Virus record (IMG/VR): IMGVR_UViG_3300021255_004486
Length of the DNA: 43,247 nt
Source: an uncultured virus (IMG/VR IMGVR_UViG_3300021255_004486)
Lineage: Duplodnaviria > Heunggongvirae > Uroviricota > Caudoviricetes
Strand: one strand, 5' to 3'
The notes beneath the pieces are model-generated. The model was not told the DNA's origin. It saw only the letters and a list, made by a program, of their open reading frames with translations, and searched no databases. The position numbers and the translations under genes are program-made. The stretch's first letter is position 1, and the number at the start of each line of letters is the position of its first letter. Positions 29,892-38,969 of the stretch are shown here, piece by piece.

Positions 29892-30143
29892 ATGAGCAGG
29901 GAAATTCTTTTACGGCAGCTAAATATGGGAATGCAATTCCTATCATACCAGGAGAAGATCGTGCTTCAGCTCGTCTACTACGAGGATCTGACCGACGATG
30001 AGGTATGTGAGGTTATGGATATCTCGCTCGATAAGATGGGAATGTTGTTATGCAGTGCAAGACTAAAAATGCGTTCCTTTACGTCCATCTTCGATGATAT
30101 TGATAATATGGGCAGAACCGGAATAAAAATAATGAATAGTTGA
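29892..30143 (+). CDS. stand-alone sigma-70 region 4 (FliA/SigD-like) HTH protein
   Basis: LSYQEKIVLQLVYYEDLTDDEVCEVMDIS...SARLKMR. Confidence 0.7.
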   Translation: MSREILLRQLNMGMQFLSYQEKIVLQLVYYEDLTDDEVCEVMDISLDKMGMLLCSARLKMRSFTSIFDDIDNMGRTGIKIMNS

Positions 30144-30625
30144 GGTTATTCATGGAATACAAGGAAGAAATACGGGATTTGTTCTCGATAAACGAAGAAA
30201 CCGAGCAAAGACCTTTCTGCTATGTTCAGTGCATATCAGCAGACTTCGCTATGGGCAAGGGAATTGCGGTTGAGTTTAACCGACGATTTAACACCAAGAC
30301 AGCCCTAATCTGCGAGGAAGGCAAGAACGTATTGGATAGATGGGACAATACAGCTCCCGATAAGCAAGGGATGTGCCTTAAGACATACAATACGTTTAAT
30401 CTTGTCACTAAACGCAACTACTATTACAAACCCACATACATAACCATGCAAAACGCATTGTGGGCGCTTAAGGATAAACTCAAGGAAAATCCGGATATCA
30501 AAGTGCTTGCAATGCCTCTGATCGGGTGTGGACTGGACAAACTTAAATGGGAGAAGGTGTCGGAAATGATTCAAGACACATTCTTTGATACGAACATAGA
30601 CATAATTGTGTGTAAACAAAGATAA
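30140..30625 (+). CDS. macrodomain protein (Poa1p/TARG1/DarG-like ADP-ribose hydrolase)
   Basis: CISADFAMGKGIA, NLVTK, AMPLIGCGLDKLKW. Confidence 0.88.
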   Translation: MRLFMEYKEEIRDLFSINEETEQRPFCYVQCISADFAMGKGIAVEFNRRFNTKTALICEEGKNVLDRWDNTAPDKQGMCLKTYNTFNLVTKRNYYYKPTYITMQNALWALKDKLKENPDIKVLAMPLIGCGLDKLKWEKVSEMIQDTFFDTNIDIIVCKQR

Positions 30626-31039
30626 CCGATACTTGGCATACTTTGTTGATACATTTACCCAATGAAAACAAGGTGGTTGATGTTACACGAGGTATAACAT
30701 GATTTATCTGGTCACATATACAGTTAAAGATCCGGACGGAGTGGAAAGAACCCATCACGATAAGTACGACGAATCCGTGCCTATAAAAGTGATTAAGGAT
30801 TCTCTTAAGCACCGTGGGGCAACAAATGTCAGTATAAACGTATTAAAGGAAGGTAAAGTCCGTGCATAACTGTGAAAACTGTTGGCGATGCAGGCTTAAT
30901 GATGATAACACATACAGATGCAACCTTCGTGAGAGAACAATGCGCGCAAAACCGAAGGTTGTAACGTCACACCCAAGACTCAGAGGTCTATTATGCCGGC
31001 ACTTCAAGTGGGTAGGAGCACCCAAGTAGGAGGTCAGCC

Positions 31040-31351
31040 ATGAAACTGAGTGAAATCCTTAAAGATAAAGAATATCCGCTCATAGAGGAACGTATTATAG
31101 GAAAACTCCCGGATGGTACGGATTACGACACGTTTAGCGGACAGTTCGGATATATAGGTGGCGAGATAATCCCCTGGGACGGCGATGCATATTCAATGAG
31201 TTATGACTACGAGAAGTTCGAGGAATTCACTATCGATAAAAATATAACTCTCTGTACACCGATATTTTACAAAGATAAGCACGAAATGACGGTTCCTGCG
31301 GGAACTAAATGCTTGACCGTGTGGTATAGAGCTGATAATGAGGAAGAATGA
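31040..31351 (+). CDS. hypothetical protein
   Basis: AGGAGG RBS; FSGQF...IPWDGDAY. Confidence 0.7.
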   Translation: MKLSEILKDKEYPLIEERIIGKLPDGTDYDTFSGQFGYIGGEIIPWDGDAYSMSYDYEKFEEFTIDKNITLCTPIFYKDKHEMTVPAGTKCLTVWYRADNEEE

Positions 31352-31635
31352 CAAACATCAAGTTTTTAGCAGAACAATATAATAAGCTGCTCATAGATAT
31401 CGAAAAACTGAAGAAAGACGAGATAGGCAAAGATGTCATTGCAGATTTGAATAAGACAGTGGACATAATTAAAGCATTCAAAGAGACACTTATGCAGATT
31501 GAAGATAATGTCACATCACTTGATGACCGCTTAACGAAGGAGCCCGATGTAGTATCTTACATAGGAACACAAGCTAAACGCTCCGGGTATATCGAGGTAC
31601 TCACGATCATAGATTCACAATTATCGGAGGTTTGA
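31348..31635 (+). CDS. helical hypothetical protein
   Basis: ATGA coupling. Confidence 0.6.
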   Translation: MTNIKFLAEQYNKLLIDIEKLKKDEIGKDVIADLNKTVDIIKAFKETLMQIEDNVTSLDDRLTKEPDVVSYIGTQAKRSGYIEVLTIIDSQLSEV

Positions 31636-31636
31636 T

Positions 31637-32119
31637 ATGGAAAAGAGATTACGTTCGATAGAACTTGTTTTTGAGAACTGCGAAGTTATTTCTATCCCCG
31701 CAGAACACATTAAATCACTATATATCGGGAAAACACATAGGCAGTTATTCGGTGCACAAATGTTTGGCAGCGAGAACTCACCATTGCCATTATATATGAG
31801 AGACGGAATCATAGCCGACGATATCAGACTGATCCTTAATCCCGAAGGCAACGTAAAATATACAACCCCCTGGAACGAAACAAGTCGTGTTTTTGACCGG
31901 CTCACAAAATGGAATGACATCACGGGCATAGATTTATGCTTTAGTGATGACACATCTGAATCATTTACAGCCTTATGGGAAGATTCAAACGAAAACGGCG
32001 AAGAGAATGTTTATCAGCGTTCTCTTATCGATAGTGGCAGGAAGTATCCTTCCGATAAAGGGTTATTGATCCTTGTCATATCAAAAGACAACATGTCAGA
32101 ACTCATGGGTGAAAAATAA
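31637..32119 (+). CDS. phage-like hypothetical protein
   Basis: IELVFENCEVISIP...RL..WNDITGI pattern; GGAGG RBS. Confidence 0.7.
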   Translation: MEKRLRSIELVFENCEVISIPAEHIKSLYIGKTHRQLFGAQMFGSENSPLPLYMRDGIIADDIRLILNPEGNVKYTTPWNETSRVFDRLTKWNDITGIDLCFSDDTSESFTALWEDSNENGEENVYQRSLIDSGRKYPSDKGLLILVISKDNMSELMGEK

Positions 32120-32466
32120 TGGGAAGGCCAATCATACCCCCAAAAGGATATAGGACTCTGTCTCCGCACGATTTTGAGGATGACATAATCATAAATGCCA
32201 CATATATCGGCAAGAGTGACTGTTTGGATACCGGTAAGACTTATACCGTTCAGTATATAAGAAAGCGCAACAGACTGTCCGTGCCGGTATCGCTCAATCC
32301 CGATATCGAGCCAAATTACGGCAGGGAGTTCACGCTTGGCAGCTTTGCAGTAGAAGACGAATCAGTAAGGTTTAGAGATGCACTTGATGGCATCCTTGCA
32401 GATTTGAACGCCCTGGGTAACACAGAGGCGATCAATGTTATCAATAAGCACTTAAAGACGGCGTAA
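32119..32466 (+). CDS. hypothetical protein
   Basis: TAATG coupling. Confidence 0.6.
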   Translation: MGRPIIPPKGYRTLSPHDFEDDIIINATYIGKSDCLDTGKTYTVQYIRKRNRLSVPVSLNPDIEPNYGREFTLGSFAVEDESVRFRDALDGILADLNALGNTEAINVINKHLKTA

Positions 32467-32613
32467 TAAATGGAGATTTGTTTTTATGAATAAGGATAAG
32501 ACGAAGTGTTGCAATATCATCTGTGAAGAATGCTATGAAAGACAGTGCCTTGCAGGCGAAAAGGTAAGAGAGTCCTGTAAAAACTGCGTAGTTCCCAGTA
32601 AGGAGAGCGACAA

Positions 32614-32898
32614 GTGACTAAATATATAGATGTTGAGCAGTTAGAAGACGCTCTCGATCCTCAAACATCGTATACAGGAAGCGAAGTGGTCAAGATAGCA
32701 TATTCGCTTGATGCACCCGATGTGATAGTTCCTGTACACGCAAAATGGATTCACAAATACTCCCGTCCCGGCGTGTATGCGGACTTAAGATGGTACTGTT
32801 CAGCGTGTGATAAGCCTTGCAGAGATAGTTGGGCTAACCTGTATGAGTTTTGCCCGCATTGTCAGGCGATAATGGATGAAAAAGACGAAGAATCATAG
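32614..32898 (+). CDS. phage-type Zn-finger protein
   Basis: KYID...VHAKWI...CSAC...FCPHCQAIMD. Confidence 0.7.
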   Translation: MTKYIDVEQLEDALDPQTSYTGSEVVKIAYSLDAPDVIVPVHAKWIHKYSRPGVYADLRWYCSACDKPCRDSWANLYEFCPHCQAIMDEKDEES

Positions 32899-32933
32899 AA
32901 TATAGCCCACAACCTCAGTATTTTACGAAATTT

Positions 32934-32980
32934 GGTGTACAGAATAATTCTGTGCACCTTTTCTTCCATTTTTATTATAG
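32934..32980 (+). promoter_or_regulatory. variant bipartite motif with palindromic double box
   Basis: GGTGTACAGAA-TAA-TTCTGTGCACC then TCTTCCATTTTTATTAT. Confidence 0.5.
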
Positions 32981-33009
32981 AGAGTAAAAAAAAAGAGAGA
33001 GAGAATATT

Positions 33010-33267
33010 ATGAAAAGAGAAGATGCGATCATCTTATCAAAGATTTATAAGATACAAAAGGAACACGACAGAGATTTTTATCCCGGGGATATCGCAAATG
33101 CGCAGATACTCCCTAAATCGAAATGCCAGACCAAGGTAGAAGAGTTAAGGGATAAAGGATTTTTGATCGAGACCGTTAATCGTGGTGCAAATCAGTACAA
33201 AGTCAGCCCCAAAGGTATCGAGCAGATGTGTGCATACAGGGACATTAAGCTCGAACTCGCAATGTAA
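33010..33267 (+). CDS. winged-helix-like DNA-binding protein
   Basis: DIA...KVEELRDKGFL...YKVSPKG. Confidence 0.6.
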   Translation: MKREDAIILSKIYKIQKEHDRDFYPGDIANAQILPKSKCQTKVEELRDKGFLIETVNRGANQYKVSPKGIEQMCAYRDIKLELAM

Positions 33268-33269
33268 AT

Positions 33270-33548
33270 ATGTTTAACGAAGATATCATCACAGTAAGAA
33301 ACCTCATACGAGGCGGCAAGATAGAACCGATGATATGTGGGAATTCCTTGTATTTATGCGATAAGGAATCCAACCTTGATTATCGGATCAGTGAAGTAAA
33401 GAGAAGAAAACCGTTTCGCATTCCTTCTATAATAGAGAGACTTAATCCAAAAGCAGCAGGAGTATGCCCTGTATGCGGACAACCGGTAGAAGACTCTGAC
33501 AATTACTGTTCAAAGTGCGGAACTCACCTTGATTGGGGATGGGAGTAA
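33270..33548 (+). CDS. zinc-ribbon protein
   Basis: CPVCG...YCSKCGTHLDW. Confidence 0.7.
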   Translation: MFNEDIITVRNLIRGGKIEPMICGNSLYLCDKESNLDYRISEVKRRKPFRIPSIIERLNPKAAGVCPVCGQPVEDSDNYCSKCGTHLDWGWE

Positions 33549-33551
33549 TAT

Positions 33552-33914
33552 ATGGCAAAGGTACTTATAGTAGACGATGCAGCATTCATGAGAATGATGC
33601 TTAAGGACATTCTTGTTAAGAATGGATATGAAGTCGCCGGCGAAGCTGAAAATGGGCAGATGGCGATCGATAAATACGCAGAACTTAAGCCCGACATAGT
33701 AACTATGGACATCACGATGCCGGACGTAGATGGTATACAGGCCTTAAAGCAGATAAAATCATCAGATCCGTCTGCAAAAGTCATCATGTGTTCAGCAATG
33801 GGACAGCAGGCGATGGTGCTTGAAGCTATCCAGGGCGGAGCAAGAGATTTTATAGTAAAGCCTTTCCAACCCGAGAGAGTTCTTGAGGCTATTGGCAAGG
33901 CAGCAGAAGCATAG
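33552..33914 (+). CDS. cheY: chemotaxis response regulator CheY
   Basis: VLIVDDAAFMRMMLKDIL, DITMP, CSAMGQQAMV, FIVKPF: Firmicutes CheY. Confidence 0.95.
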   Translation: MAKVLIVDDAAFMRMMLKDILVKNGYEVAGEAENGQMAIDKYAELKPDIVTMDITMPDVDGIQALKQIKSSDPSAKVIMCSAMGQQAMVLEAIQGGARDFIVKPFQPERVLEAIGKAAEA

Positions 33915-34226
33915 ATGGGAGCAGATATGGCAGACAAGGATCAGCTTATAAGAGACCTCGCGTCATCTTTCGGGATGAATGACGTTCATGTCACAAAATA
34001 CGGCGATTCAAAGTACGATGCATCAACCGGGACGCTGTATTGTGACGGAATAACAATCCCGAGATCCACGATAGACCAGGCAAAACAGTATTTTTCAATG
34101 CAGATGGACTACTTTAAGTCCCGTGCAAATCAGAATGCGGACTCTATGACACAGTATTTAATAAATACAGTCGCATTCAACGCAATATGTATGCTCAAGG
34201 ATAACATCAAGGACGGAGAAGCTTAA
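33915..34226 (+). CDS. hypothetical protein
   Basis: coupled ORF. Confidence 0.65.
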   Translation: MGADMADKDQLIRDLASSFGMNDVHVTKYGDSKYDASTGTLYCDGITIPRSTIDQAKQYFSMQMDYFKSRANQNADSMTQYLINTVAFNAICMLKDNIKDGEA

Positions 34227-34227
34227 A

Positions 34228-34596
34228 ATGAACTGTTTCGGGATAGACGAGAATAATCTTCATATAGAGGTAAAGAAGCGGTTTCCTTTTATCTTTAAGC
34301 CACTTCCTGTACACGCAAATTCCTTTGCGTATGTGGATTACGTACCCAAAGGAGACGGCAATCTGCTTATCCTGCCGACATTACTTAAGCGTCCATACAG
34401 TGTTAAATACGATATCTTTAGCAATACAGAGTACCCCAAGATTGCGATTGTATGTGTCCAGGTCGAAAAGTGCGGTGAAGAGAGCACTCTTCTTATGATA
34501 GACAATATCCCGCAGAAGATAAGAGTGCTGTATGGCGAAGAAGCGCTTATTGAGTATTTTAACTTAATAGAGCAGAGTATGAGAGGTAACGCATGA
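34228..34596 (+). CDS. hypothetical protein
   Basis: coupled ORF. Confidence 0.6.
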   Translation: MNCFGIDENNLHIEVKKRFPFIFKPLPVHANSFAYVDYVPKGDGNLLILPTLLKRPYSVKYDIFSNTEYPKIAIVCVQVEKCGEESTLLMIDNIPQKIRVLYGEEALIEYFNLIEQSMRGNA

Positions 34597-35078
34597 CTTA
34601 TATACCGACTACGAGAAATCAGTATAGAGACGAGCTTATAGCAGGAAAAGATAAGAACGGAAAGGCTGAAAGGAACTACTACTGGCAGGGCTACCTAAAC
34701 AAGGCGGACGCAAATCACGTTACAGGCTTTGATGAGGCTTCCGAATGTCTGACCGAGTGCTTATTCCACAATACAGACCTATACGAAGACATACTCTACC
34801 TTGCCGGTATTGATATAGAAGAAAACCCTGTAGATGAAGATGTCTTATTCTCGGACAAGTTCTTAGAAGAATATACACCCGAGGAAATAGATAAACTCAC
34901 ATCAAGCACGCGCATATTAAAAGCCATTCGCGAAATCCTAATGGATTATTCAGAGATGGAGCGCGATGAAATGATCGTGAGCATGATAGAGTCTATGGAC
35001 GATAAGGAATACGAAGAGATAAAAGAAAAGGCTGATACCGGAGAATATGTAAATTCCGTTATACGATATAACCAATAA
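34593..35078 (+). CDS. acidic hypothetical protein
   Basis: ATGA coupling, GAGGT RBS. Confidence 0.7.
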   Translation: MTYIPTTRNQYRDELIAGKDKNGKAERNYYWQGYLNKADANHVTGFDEASECLTECLFHNTDLYEDILYLAGIDIEENPVDEDVLFSDKFLEEYTPEEIDKLTSSTRILKAIREILMDYSEMERDEMIVSMIESMDDKEYEEIKEKADTGEYVNSVIRYNQ

Positions 35079-35102
35079 CTCTTATTCAAGACTCCTTTGC
35101 GT

Positions 35103-35130
35103 GTGCCTCGGTGATAAACCGGGGCATTTC
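35103..35130 (+). terminator. putative terminator
   Basis: TGCCTCGGT-GATAA-ACCGGGGCA + TTT. Confidence 0.6.
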
Positions 35131-35204
35131 GCATTTTTGACCTCACAAACTCACATATTTAATGTAGTGAGGTTATTATCACCAAATAATAAGGAGTTGC
35201 TACT

Positions 35205-36539
35205 ATGAAAAAGAGAATTTTGGGAATTATACTTTCATTCTTTGTTGTGTCGAGCCTTACACTTTCTGTATGCGCAAAAGAGGCGGATACAGACAAAAGT
35301 GATAAAAAGGCAACAGAAGAGTCAGCAGAAGAATCAAAAGAAGAGGAGACTGATGCAGAAGGCGAAGCTGAATCTGAGACAGAAGAGGTTGATCCTGCCG
35401 ATGTCGAAGACATGACACTTGAAGAATTACAGGAGTTCATGTCTCAGTCCTTGGAGGAAGAGGAAGTTCCGGCTGAAGAAGATGATGTCATATCGAAAAT
35501 AGAGCTTGAGCCTAAAGTAGAAGAGCCCGAGCCCGCATCAACAGTAGATATGACCAGATGGATACCCGATGTTGACAGAACCTTGACTATGCAGCTCGAT
35601 ATTCCATCAAGTACCACAAGGTTTGAGATATTCTACACCGCAACAATGGAAGAGCCGGTAGTAACATTTAAGTCTACCACAGACAATCTTACCGTATATA
35701 AAGCCGGTGAAGACGTGTACAGAGATGATGGATTCATTTTTATGACGCGCAGTGGACTTAAAGTAGAAGGCTATGACAATCTCCGCTATATGGCGGTTTA
35801 TATATCAAACACTCCCGATCCCGGTAAATGGACAATGTCAATCTATGCACCCGATGCTATAACTGAACTGTTTATGGTATCAACAGATATCTACGCAGGA
35901 TGGCAGTCGCTCGTACAGGACTACAAGATGCCTCCGCTTGGGCTTATCTTCTGGTATGTAGACGATAAATCCGTGTACAGAGACACTCCTGTAGATATGA
36001 TAAATACCGTCATTATTGACGAGCCCATTCCCGAGGTAAATCACGTAAGTGATATTACTCCCGAAGAACCGGATCAGACACCGAAGTTAATGATGATGTG
36101 CATAGTTCTCACGGTAATACTGCTTGCATTCATAGGTTTTATCGCATATCACACGCAGAAAGCAAAGCAGGAGCGCGAAAAAGAGCGCAGGCAGGCAATC
36201 GTTAATCGTGAGAATGACAAGCTGCAAAGGAAGAAAGCACAGATCAACGCTGAACTCGACAGAGTATTGGATGATTTCGGTGATGATTATATAGATGACG
36301 ATGAGTTTGGCAGCTATCTTGAAGATGAAAGCACATCAAATTCGGCAAACAAGGTCATTACCGCAGAATCATTAGGCATAGATATTGAGCCCGACGAAAC
36401 TTCTGTACACGAAAAAACAGAAGAAGATAAACCCAAGGAAGAACCGGTAGACAACACAAAACCGCTGTTTATGCGGCAAAACACAACTCCTTCTTGGGCA
36501 GTAGAAAGCGGAAATTCATCCGGCAACGGATTCTTCTAA
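35205..36539 (+). CDS. exported single-pass membrane protein with acidic cytoplasmic tail
   Basis: Signal peptide, acidic linker, beta-rich domain, TM, coiled coil and acidic tail. Confidence 0.8.
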   Translation: MKKRILGIILSFFVVSSLTLSVCAKEADTDKSDKKATEESAEESKEEETDAEGEAESETEEVDPADVEDMTLEELQEFMSQSLEEEEVPAEEDDVISKIELEPKVEEPEPASTVDMTRWIPDVDRTLTMQLDIPSSTTRFEIFYTATMEEPVVTFKSTTDNLTVYKAGEDVYRDDGFIFMTRSGLKVEGYDNLRYMAVYISNTPDPGKWTMSIYAPDAITELFMVSTDIYAGWQSLVQDYKMPPLGLIFWYVDDKSVYRDTPVDMINTVIIDEPIPEVNHVSDITPEEPDQTPKLMMMCIVLTVILLAFIGFIAYHTQKAKQEREKERRQAIVNRENDKLQRKKAQINAELDRVLDDFGDDYIDDDEFGSYLEDESTSNSANKVITAESLGIDIEPDETSVHEKTEEDKPKEEPVDNTKPLFMRQNTTPSWAVESGNSSGNGFF

Positions 36540-36608
36540 AGATTATGTTCTCCCAAAACTACCATACTTAATTTGTATGGTGGTGATGGGAGAAGCACAG
36601 GTATCAAT

Positions 36609-37001
36609 GTGGCAGAGAAAGATTTACAAAACGAAGTACAAAAGAAACGTCCTTTTAAGTTAGTCCAGAGATGTCAGATATTATCTACACAGATTGTATC
36701 GGCAACGGCTAACGCTCCGAAAGAGTATCGTTTGAGTATATGTAAGGAAGTTCAGAACTTATCCTATGAGCTTATCCACACAATACGACTTGCGAACAGT
36801 TTCCCTTTTGGAGAGGACAGACAATCTACTCAGAAGACGGCGCAGGAGAACATCGAAAGAATAAACGATCTGATTCCGGTAGCAAAAAGATGCAGATGTA
36901 TCACACCGGAGCAGGAAGAAGAGATTATTAAGACGATCAATTTAATCCGTTCAAATTTTATTAACTGGGTAGAGTCAAGCGACGAGGACGATAGCATATA
37001 A
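36609..37001 (+). CDS. four-helix bundle protein, Avd (DGR accessory)-like
   Basis: APKEYRLSI...IRLANS...RQSTQ..A...I...I...Q......I....INW pattern; likely GTG start at 36609. Confidence 0.65.
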   Translation: MAEKDLQNEVQKKRPFKLVQRCQILSTQIVSATANAPKEYRLSICKEVQNLSYELIHTIRLANSFPFGEDRQSTQKTAQENIERINDLIPVAKRCRCITPEQEEEIIKTINLIRSNFINWVESSDEDDSI

Positions 37002-37175
37002 CCACCACCAAAGAATAATTCAACAATTAAATATGGTTTACGGACTATATTTTTGATTGAATTCATCTTAATCGGGTATATCCCAATCAAATCGTGTGTA
37101 CATGCACACATCAAATCCAACTATATTGTGGCACGAAGCCAAAGCATTATTTTCCAATATAGGAGGAGAAACCCC

Positions 37176-38942
37176 ATGAAAAACAAGGTATTTAGACGTA
37201 TCACCCAGGTAGCGGGAGCACTTTGCATATCCGGCAGTCTCATTATGAGCTCTGTCAGCATTGCATGTGCAGCCGAGACCGACAAAGAAGCGGTAGAAGC
37301 CGAGGCCAAAGAGACCAAGGAAGCAGACAAGTCTGAGTCAGAAAAAGACATTGACGAGATGATGGATGAGTTTGCAGAGTTTGAAACCGCAACAGATGAG
37401 GCAACAGATGAAGTAACAGCCACACCCGCAGTAAGCGACGCGGATCTGTTTGAGAACTATGAATCATCCTCAAGCATGTCAGTAGTAAAAGATACTACGC
37501 CCGCAGCGCAAGATGCAACCGAGTTTAACTTCGGTGGTTCAGCAAACCCGACAGTCGGAAGTATGGATATTGCTCCGTTAGAGGGAATGGATGAGGCTGA
37601 ATACACACAGACGCAGGCACAGACCACAGCTCCGGCAGTTGAGACTAAGTCAAGCCTTCCTTTTGATTCCACATATCTTATGTATGGACTCATCGGACTG
37701 GTTGGAACATTAGCCTTGATCGGTGCAGTGACAGCAGCCGTAATCATAGGTAAAAAGAAGGCATCCGCAAAGAATACACCGGCGGTCGCAAAGCCTGTAC
37801 AGAGACAGTCAGCCTTTAATGCAGATTTGGACGACGATTTTGATGAATTTAGCGAGGATACAACTATGAACTATGAAGACACAAACGAGGCAACAGTAAA
37901 TGACGTTGACTTCGACGAAACCGACGAATACATGGACGACTACGACGAGGACGATTTCTACGAGGAAGAAAACGGCGGGTTCTTACAGAACATCAAGAAC
38001 GCTACCCAGGGAAAACTTCCTTATATAGTTGCAGGACTTGGAGTAGTGGCCGCTTGTGTTATTGTTCTTGTAACACTTGGCAAGAAGTCCGCAGCAGCAG
38101 ATACAGAGTCTACCTCAATGGAGATGGCATCTGTGGGTGAAGAAGGCGATGCAGATGATGATTACACCCGTGGTACTGTTTATGCAAACTCCAAAGAGTA
38201 TCTTGCAGAGACACTTGGAGAAGACGGCGAAGTAGTCGATCCGGTAAACCTTACCGATGCACAGCTCTCTGACCTTGTAAAGAAAGTTCAGAGCGAACTC
38301 TTAAAGAGTGATGCAACGCTTTCCGCATCTGATGTTCAGCTCATCTCCGAAGGCGTAGTAGAGAAGATCCTTTCAGAGCAGGGCGGAGCAACAGGAGGTA
38401 TGTCAAGTGCCGAAATGCAGCAGTTACTTAACCGCGTAAAGACGCTTGAAAGTGAAAATAAGGACACTATCACCGCCCTTAAGGCTGTATCAGCAACCAA
38501 GGGAGAGAAAGGTGATAAAGGCGATAAAGGTGATACCGGTGCCCGCGGTGCGCAGGGCGAGCGCGGTGCGCAGGGTGAGCGCGGAGCCACAGGTGCCCAG
38601 GGAGCCCAGGGAATCCAGGGAATCCAGGGTGTGAAAGGCGAAAAAGGTGACACAGGTGCCACAGGTGCCCGCGGTTTACAGGGTGAGCAGGGTATCCAGG
38701 GTATCCAGGGTGAGAAAGGCGCAGCCGGACAGGACGGTAAGACCAGTTTCCTTATGTACTCGGCAAACGCAGACGGCTCTGGTATGACACAGACTATCGA
38801 GTCTACATCTAAGTACATCGGTACATACTTTGGCGACTCAACAACCGCACCTACCGATCCTTCAGCCTATACTTGGACAGAAATGAGAGATTACGTGATT
38901 TCTTACGATTCGAGCTCAAATACCGTAGTCATTGCAAACTAA
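37176..38942 (+). CDS. membrane-anchored collagen-like surface protein
   Basis: Signal peptide, two TM, Gly-X-Y run, C-terminal [10 protein letters not shown]...YIGTY...TDPSAYTW phage-antireceptor-like domain; AGGAGG RBS before ATG 37176. Confidence 0.85.
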   Translation: MKNKVFRRITQVAGALCISGSLIMSSVSIACAAETDKEAVEAEAKETKEADKSESEKDIDEMMDEFAEFETATDEATDEVTATPAVSDADLFENYESSSSMSVVKDTTPAAQDATEFNFGGSANPTVGSMDIAPLEGMDEAEYTQTQAQTTAPAVETKSSLPFDSTYLMYGLIGLVGTLALIGAVTAAVIIGKKKASAKNTPAVAKPVQRQSAFNADLDDDFDEFSEDTTMNYEDTNEATVNDVDFDETDEYMDDYDEDDFYEEENGGFLQNIKNATQGKLPYIVAGLGVVAACVIVLVTLGKKSAAADTESTSMEMASVGEEGDADDDYTRGTVYANSKEYLAETLGEDGEVVDPVNLTDAQLSDLVKKVQSELLKSDATLSASDVQLISEGVVEKILSEQGGATGGMSSAEMQQLLNRVKTLESENKDTITALKAVSATKGEKGDKGDKGDTGARGAQGERGAQGERGATGAQGAQGIQGIQGVKGEKGDTGATGARGLQGEQGIQGIQGEKGAAGQDGKTSFLMYSANADGSGMTQTIESTSKYIGTYFGDSTTAPTDPSAYTWTEMRDYVISYDSSSNTVVIAN

Positions 38943-38969
38943 CCGCAATCAGATGAAAGAGGTATTGTT

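Noticed and set aside
37094..37110. GTGTGTACATGCACAC palindrome upstream of the collagen gene as a full motif copy
   Set aside because: Only a partial match to the upstream box and no correctly spaced CATACTT box; may still be an operator but is unsupported.
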